DNA from: Octopus bimaculoides
Taxonomy: Eukaryota
Reading direction: 5' to 3'
Length of the DNA: 64,000 nucleotides
NCBI RefSeq assembly: GCF_001194135.2
Contig: NC_068981.1
Span: 173,367,293 to 173,431,292 of the forward strand
Shown: positions 58,601-64,000 of the stretch, piece by piece
Numbering within the stretch: the first letter of the stretch is position 1
Layout of the letters: every line of letters starts with the position of its first letter
Notes under the pieces: model-generated
Told to the model about the DNA's origin: nothing
Seen by the model: the letters and a program-made list of their open reading frames with translations, nothing else
The model's database searches: none
Translations under genes and position numbers: made by a program

Positions 58601-61600
58601 ACTATTATATTCCTTTGCTTAATATATGGGGACAAAAACCTATATAAGCTGCCAATTATACCTAATCTCACACACAAATATTACATAACCAGAACAATAA
58701 TCTCAAGGAGAGGGTTGCATCAAAAACTGTATCCAACTGTAATACATTTACTACTCAACATTGGATGAAAATATGAAACCTTGCAAATATTTAAACCACA
58801 GAACAAAGAATCCTTTTTAGCGCCTTCAATATACATGCTTGAACATAAAATTTAAACATTTTTGCATAATTGCTATAAACACCATACATGCAACTTACTT
58901 TTTTCCGATGTTTACCCAGTAAGAATAAGCCAAGAACATAAACAACTTCCACTCGCTGTGCAAGATCTTCTGTTATTCGTAAACCTTGCTGAGTTTTTAA
59001 AGAGGAACCTCGTGCAGTAGCAACAGAAATCCCTGCAAAGATAAAAATGAAAATAGGAAATACAAAAGACAATGAAATAAGTACTATACTAACTGTGTTA
59101 GCTCTAAATACTGAAATTCTAAATCACACACTAAATTTTTCCCTTCTTTGCAAAGAACCATCATTAATTTAGGAAACAGTCAGGAAGATTGCCCAGATCT
59201 TTCAGTCATCAAAATGTATATCTTATCCTACAACTGCCAGCAGATTGCTTTTAACGAAAGATTCCAGAAATAAAAATACTACAGAAAAGATCTGTTAATG
59301 TAGAATATTTTGGTGGAGGTCATTGTTTAACCTAAATCAGTTCGATTGAGCTGACCTATGATAAAAAATTCCAACCAATACACACACACATGCAATGAGC
59401 TGACAGAATTGTTACTACACCAGAAAAAATGCTTAGAGGCATTTCTTCCAGCTTTACATCCTGAGTTCAGATGCTGCAGAAGTTGACTTTGCCTTTCATC
59501 CTTTCGGGGTTGATGAAGTAAGAACCAGCTGAGCACTACAGTTGGTGTAATTGACAAAACCTTCCCCCAAAATTTCAGGAATTGTGCCTACAGCAGAAAA
59601 GACACACACACACAAGATCACATTATACAATGTGCCCCCTTTTGAGATGATATTGAAGTGATATGAGAGGGTGTTAAAGAAGTTGACAGTTGTCAGGAAG
59701 ACAAAGTGTTTAAGAATATGAGGACAGAGAAGGCACTTGGTCCATCAGGAATTACTGCCAAAATGCTTAAAATGTCTGGTGGAGTAGGGTATGGGCTAGT
59801 TATCCACATTAAATAGTACAGGAAATTTCATACCTAATTACTGGCATAACAGTAGCATTATCAACTGCTAAAAGAGAAAAGCAGATACACAAGAGTGAGG
59901 TATCAAACTGTTGGATCAGGTTATGAAGATTATGGTAAGAGATGCAGTTCAATTTATTAGGAATTAACCTAGATGAGATGCAGTTTGGCTTTGTGCTAGG
60001 AAGAACTGTTTCAGATACTATCTTCCTAGTGAAGCAACTACATGAAAAGTACTTAGCTAAAAACAAGCCTCTTTACTGGGCATTTGTTGATCAAGAGAAA
60101 GCTTTTGATAGAATTCCACAGTCAGTGAGCTAAAGGTTGCTGGAGATGTTATAGATACACAAATAGCTTCTGAGAGCTGAACAAGCTATGTACAGGGGTA
60201 CAGTTAGCTAGGTGAGAATTAGTGAATTTGTAATAAATTTAGTATCCAGGGCTCAGTTTTCAACCTCCTTGGCATTAAAGTCCAGGCTATAACAAAGGGG
60301 GTTTAAGACTGGTCACATGCTAATGACAGTCCTTATAGTGGACTCTGTAGAAGACTTAGAGAAGAAATTCCAGATGTGGAAGAGAAACGTAGAATTGAGA
60401 GGCTCCAGACTAAAGTTACGAGAGAAAAGGGAATGGCAGATGCTCAATATTCAGCAAAAAAGAGTAGATTAGATTTTGATAGAGTATACCCAATGTAAAC
60501 TATGGATGCACAAGAAAAGGGGTTGCAGGTTAACAGGGAAGGTAGACTTTGTATGTAGTAGGTACTATCAAATGCTTGAAAGATTTTCAAGTAGTCAATA
60601 GCTTTTGTTACATGGGTAATAGAATTAGCAGTGGTTCTGAAAGCATTGTAGTCAGAATAAGAACAGGTTCAAAAATTTTTGGGGAGCTATTACTTCTGCT
60701 AGAAACAAAAGGCTCCCCTCTCAGTGTGAAGGACAGATATTGTATAATACTTTTGCTCAAAATGCAATACTGCATCATCATCGTTTAACGTCTGTTTTCC
60801 ATGCTAGCATAGGTTGGACGATTTGACTGAGGACTGGTGAAACGGATGGCTACACCAGGCTCCAATCTGATTTGGCAGAGTTTCTACAGCTGGATGCCCT
60901 TCCTCACGCCAACCACTCCAAGAGTGTAGTGGGTGCTTTTGCAAGCCACCGGCACGAAGGCCAGTCAGGCGGTACTGGCAACAGCCATGCTTGAAATGGT
61001 GTATTTTATGTGCCACCTACACAGGAGCCAGTCCAGCGGCACTGGCAACAATCTCGCTCGAATGTCTTTTCATATGCCACCGGCGAAAGATGGAATACAA
61101 ATTAACTGAGAGAAAAAGTAAATATATGAAGAATCAGATATACATGAAAGAGAGGACAGTGTTGGTAATGGGCATGTGAAACATATGGAGGATGACAGTT
61201 GTATAAAGAAGTGTCATGTGCTCCAAAGTGAATGGTGCCTGTGGAAGAGGGAGATTGAGAAAAACAAGGGAAGAAATAGTGAAGACTGCTCAAGGTGTTG
61301 CATTTGATAAGAGAAAAGAAAAAGAACCATGTTGATTGGTGACAGTGTTGGAGAAGACTTATCCAGTCATGCAAGCACAGTGAAATGAACATTTACAATG
61401 GAATGGAGGCAGTAATGAAGGCTAAGCTGCCTCCCTACCTCTTTGACATCCTCTCCTCTATCACTTGATGTTCTATTCACTGTACTATAAATAAAGAGAG
61501 CAGTGGATCTCGCACTGTTACATGCTTCCAATGGACTTGTCTGACATCTGTTCACTGTACCATCCCATCAATGTAATGAAGAATATTTAGACTTATACAT

Positions 61601-62641
61601 CTTCAATCCTTACCTACTACCATCCTTGTCACTATTTAATTTGCTTATCACAAGGTATATGTATAAATGATTTTATCAGATCTTATATCCCATATGTTCT
61701 GCTATTACTATTTCTGTACTTCCAGCCATTATGCCCTCTCCCTTGGACATGTTATTGACAGCCACCACTCACTCTCTAACGTCTTATACTGGCTCCCTTC
61801 ACCTATTTATCTTGATTTTTTTTTTTTTAAATGGTTAGCATTCTTCTCACAATAAAAGATACCATCAATTTACTTCTAGCCATGAAATATATTATTTAGA
61901 TTAATATGAGGAATTTTATAATTCCTGACAAAATCAAAATAACTATTACAAATCAATGTACCACCAACAAAATCTTCAAATTCATCAGTATTTGCATCTT
62001 CTGATAAGTCATCATCATCCATTTGGTTTTCTATCCATTCCATCCAACAATCTAATTCACTTACAAAACCTGGAAATCTTGGTGTATCTAAAAACGACAA
62101 AATAAACAAAACAATATTAAATCATTTAAATTAAGAAAAAATAAATTAAAAAGCAATATACACACACACACATTTTTTCTAATGTTTATAAGGAATTGAA
62201 TTTTATTCTGTAATTGTAAATGCATTTTTCAGACAACTTTTCATAGTGATTCTTTTCCTCTGTTAGAACCTGTGTCAACTGTACAGATTCGTACAAGAAG
62301 AGTTAAGTACCTTGCTTCAAAGCACAGAGACAATAATTGTAGTAGTAAAGTTTAAAATCTTGTAATCCATAACCTCACATTGCTGCACAAATTACTAATA
62401 TTAATGATTGTGAGATTTACAGAGATTAAAAAGTTTAAATTTGACCAGTAAATCATGGGAACATCTAAATTTGCAGCAATTTGCTATCCTATGACAGGAC
62501 TGAACAATAAATATGAACAAAATTAAATTACAACAAATAACCTATATGGAAGCAAAAATTTGTTATACTTACAATCTTTTGCTTTTGAAACTGTGATATT
62601 AACCAATCTTGGCAGTAATTCTGGTATTCCTAAAAGAAGTT
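42012..62641 (-). CDS. TRPC4AP: TRPC4-associated protein (TRUSS, CRL4-DDB1 substrate receptor) homolog, 5'-partial, 16 coding exons
   Basis: All exon phases are compatible. Motifs match recalled human TRPC4AP: EVVYVLGLFLLGKHRK, LKIQFLRL, RFWLARAVESYLRG, QSSFDLLGELIKFN, LVDSNMFIR, QENVSCLNTTLV, FWQDHYLHKDKD. Confidence 0.92.
42638..43075 (-). mobile_element. Tandem dimer of a young tRNA-derived SINE (~213-bp period)
   Basis: Units 42638-42850 and 42851-43067 are highly similar; head gagctggcagaatcgttagc and B-box gagttcaaattcc on the minus strand. Confidence 0.8.
43900..43966 (-). CDS. TRPC4AP: TRPC4AP exon (ELLLFWQDHYLHKDKDCSALEK)
   Basis: ttgaAG / GTAAGT; similar to human NLLRFWQQHYLHKDKDSTCLEN. 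Confidence 0.9.
46387..46535 (-). CDS. TRPC4AP: TRPC4AP exon (ENVSCLNTTLVFLMFA...GSIMGNFR)
   Basis: tttatcAG / GTAATA. Confidence 0.92.
47004..47110 (-). CDS. TRPC4AP: TRPC4AP exon (IRKHNRLLVYI...LRKLINIISVQNLTQ)
   Basis: ctttcAG / GTATTG; similar to human LFRLINIIHVQTLTQ. Confidence 0.9.
47581..47689 (-). CDS. TRPC4AP: TRPC4AP exon (FNKFISTVNRNLVDSNMFIRSLILSLEHF...)
   Basis: cttttaAG / GTAAGA. Confidence 0.88.
49034..49174 (-). CDS. TRPC4AP: TRPC4AP exon (HVAGNIV...QSSFDLLGELIKFNIDGFKDF...ESK)
   Basis: Poly-T tract then cttAG / GTGAGT. Confidence 0.92.
50187..50277 (-). CDS. TRPC4AP: TRPC4AP exon (FWLARAVESYLRGNTSYCDQIFLMRRDLLQ)
   Basis: ccttgcAG / GTAATT. Confidence 0.92.
51384..51467 (-). 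CDS. TRPC4AP: TRPC4AP exon (QLMCRGSKGLLTKIVEVMKKEPTTSTFR)
   Basis: ctttccAG / GTTAGT; similar to human LVCDGKRGLLTRLLQVMKKEPAESSFR. Confidence 0.9.
51572..51617 (-). CDS. TRPC4AP: TRPC4AP 46-nt exon (HAGPLALQNLDYLN)
   Basis: tttttcAG / GTAAGT; supplies exactly the phase 1 to 2 change needed between its neighbours. Confidence 0.75.
52660..52715 (-). CDS. TRPC4AP: TRPC4AP exon (YKHLLLSRNELNEIKNIN)
   Basis: tttttcAG / GTAAAA; similar to human NKYLLLNNQELNEL. Confidence 0.85.
53280..53680 (+). mobile_element. CR1/L2-like LINE 3' remnant
   Basis: CSHLWDGA and CSSELAGLV motifs typical of the CR1 RT C-terminus. Confidence 0.5.
53712..53770 (-). CDS. TRPC4AP: TRPC4AP exon (EVALKIQFLRLVHSFCDHS)
   Basis: ttaatAG / GTAAGT; similar to human DITLKIQFLRLLQSFSDH. 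Confidence 0.9.
54240..54560 (-). mobile_element. CR1/L2-like RT remnant
   Basis: Decayed LGISITNNL...QVRPTVKY...IQRNA on the minus strand. Confidence 0.45.
55681..56399 (-). mobile_element. Internally deleted mariner with ~30-bp TIRs and TA target duplication
   Basis: Left TAcaaggtctaatcaataattatctgaactg versus right (reverse complement) TAcgtagtctgatcaataaatatccggactg; remnants ICIKFCRKL and PDLSPCNF...GDYFEED. Confidence 0.8.
56639..56699 (-). CDS. TRPC4AP: TRPC4AP exon (TRHGVRHRLIGHNSSCECSP)
   Basis: catttAG / GTAAGT; similar to human LHGHNQNCDCSP. Confidence 0.88.
57196..57275 (-). CDS. TRPC4AP: TRPC4AP exon (VQRKLAELKLAPGLSELFDQFIWKCQ)
   Basis: ttcttccAG / GTAAGT; similar to human VHRMIAEFKLIPGLNNLFDKLIW. 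Confidence 0.88.
57518..58445 (+). mobile_element. RTE LINE 3' portion, antisense in a TRPC4AP intron
   Basis: FCYL-D-like motif, FSLKMKGKVYRSCMRSAMMHGSETW, LWYGHVLRRDEDHVLRRVL. Confidence 0.85.
58899..59032 (-). CDS. TRPC4AP: TRPC4AP exon (ISVATARG...QRVEVVYVLGLFLLGKHRKK)
   Basis: tttgcAG / GTAAGT; 134 nt, phase 1 to 0. Confidence 0.88.
59620..60760 (+). mobile_element. Degenerate RTE RT
   Basis: DEMQFGFVLGRTVSDTIFLVKQLHEKYLAKNKPLYWAFVDQEKAFDRIP. Confidence 0.85.
61962..62087 (-). CDS. TRPC4AP: TRPC4AP exon (TPRFPGFVSELDCWMEWIENQMDDDD...EDFVG)
   Basis: gtttttAG acceptor; donor GTACAT (alternative GTGGTA 3 nt earlier, same phase); similar to human FLQELEEWYTWLDN. Confidence 0.75.
62573..62641 (-). 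CDS. TRPC4AP: TRPC4AP exon (ELLLGIPELLPRLVNITVSKAKD)
   Basis: atttgtatcctgtttcAG acceptor, GTAAGT donor; similar to human AALLSIPGFVERLCKLATRKV. Confidence 0.75.
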
Positions 62642-64000
62642 CTGAAACAGGATACAAATATAAATCCTCTGGTCTGTAACTGCTATGTGCATTATTGATT
62701 AATGCTTACTTACATGAATTTTATGTTAATATTCATTTAGATTTCTTTAGACAATACAAACATTCCATTAATAATATTCATTATGTACACAAATACATAT
62801 AGAACATGAGGTTATGTGATGTTCATGGCTTTCTCAAAAGCATTTATGGTGTACCGAATTGATTTCAGTCAGAAACTAAATTAAGTGGGAACTAAGCTTT
62901 GTTCAACAGTTATCGGCTGATGTTAGACACAAGATCAATTTTTTGTAAGGTGAGAAACAATTGAATGAAACCTTTCAGTATGCTACTGATTGATACTTGT
63001 GTTATTAATTCTAGAAAAATGAAATACAGTCTACCCTGGCGGAATTTGAACTCAAAATATAAAGGAATGAGGATTAAATGTTGTGAAGCAATACATTTGG
63101 CATTCTATTGCTTCTGTCAACTTCATTCCATAAAAATATCAATTTCTAACAGACATAAGACTAGGTTTTGTAGGACAGTACAGTTCCTGACTTGTACTTA
63201 TTTATTGATTATGAAAGGAAGACAAAGCTTGTCTTCGCAGGATCCAAAATCAAAGAAATTTATCTCAATACCACATGTATTTTGTCTAATGCTTTACCAA
63301 CCAATTCATCATCATAATTAATCTGACAAAACATACTGGGTCAGCTATGCTTTGATGGGACAATACTGCAGTATTTTGATGCAAAGGGTACAATGTGGAA
63401 GTTTGAACATTTAGTCTGGTTTTTTAATCCCTTTCTGGCATTGAACTGTGGCCATGGTAGGGAACTATTTTCCAAAGTAGAGTTTATTATATTGACTAAT
63501 AATTATAATATCAACCTCATAAAGATGAAAGACAAAGCATACCCAGCTGGGATTTGAGCTCAGGACATAACAGAATATAGTCAAATACCACACACTATTT
63601 TGACAGATGTTCAACAAACTCTGCCAACCCACACCATTTGATTCTGAATGTTTAGAGGTGTTAGGACTGATTGTAACAAGATGGATTTTATATACTTAGA
63701 GATGTTAGTAATGATTGTAATAAGCTGGGATTCCTTCTGTTTTTATCATAGTGCAGCTGAATTTAGATGTAGAGACGCATATGGTATAGCTTTGTGTGTG
63801 TTTGGTGTACAAGCATGTGCTTATGCATGCTTTATGTGATATCAGCAATGACATCTAACTGCACAGTACACACACCAAAAGTTCATAACTTTGAACATAC
63901 AAATCCTGAAGTTTTATTGGGAGGAGGGGATCAATGTAGTTTTAATTTATCAATAAGAGATAAATACAATTTCTATATATTTTATAAAAAGGAGATGGGA

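Noticed and set aside
62642-62673. Longer TRPC4AP exon start (PEDLYLYPVS) from the AG at 62675-62674
   Set aside because: Poor pyrimidine tract; the acceptor at 62643-62642 is stronger and fits the recalled human NQ|AALL boundary. It cannot be excluded without the upstream exon.

Overview
AT-rich, intron-rich animal genomic DNA with three assembly gaps. The repeat landscape (RTE LINE ends with (GAT)n tails, tRNA-derived SINEs, Penelope, mariner, hAT and piggyBac MITEs, dense AT/AC microsatellites) suggests an octopus genome; that is an inference, not a database result. I reconstructed two spliced genes exon by exon with consistent phases. They converge tail to tail: TCAIM (+, 6 coding exons, 21323-36913, first ~105-120 aa not found) and TRPC4AP/TRUSS (-, 16 coding exons, 62641-42012, 5' part probably beyond the window end). 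Both identities rest on similarity to human sequences recalled from memory. The most novel item is an intronless, CpG-rich 295-aa orphan ORF (749-1636). It combines an SV40-type NLS, a PIAS-type SUMO-interacting motif (VVDLT) and an exact copy of histone H3 residues 4-10 (KQTARKS), so it is a candidate H3K9-mimic chromatin adaptor or decoy. Other notable items are a type I hammerhead ribozyme fold (G12A variant) in the 3' region of an intronic Penelope element, a probable GC-AG intron in TCAIM, and several intronic fold-back structures. No CRISPR array, rRNA or true tRNA gene is supported. Repeat boundaries are approximate unless a TIR or TSD is cited.
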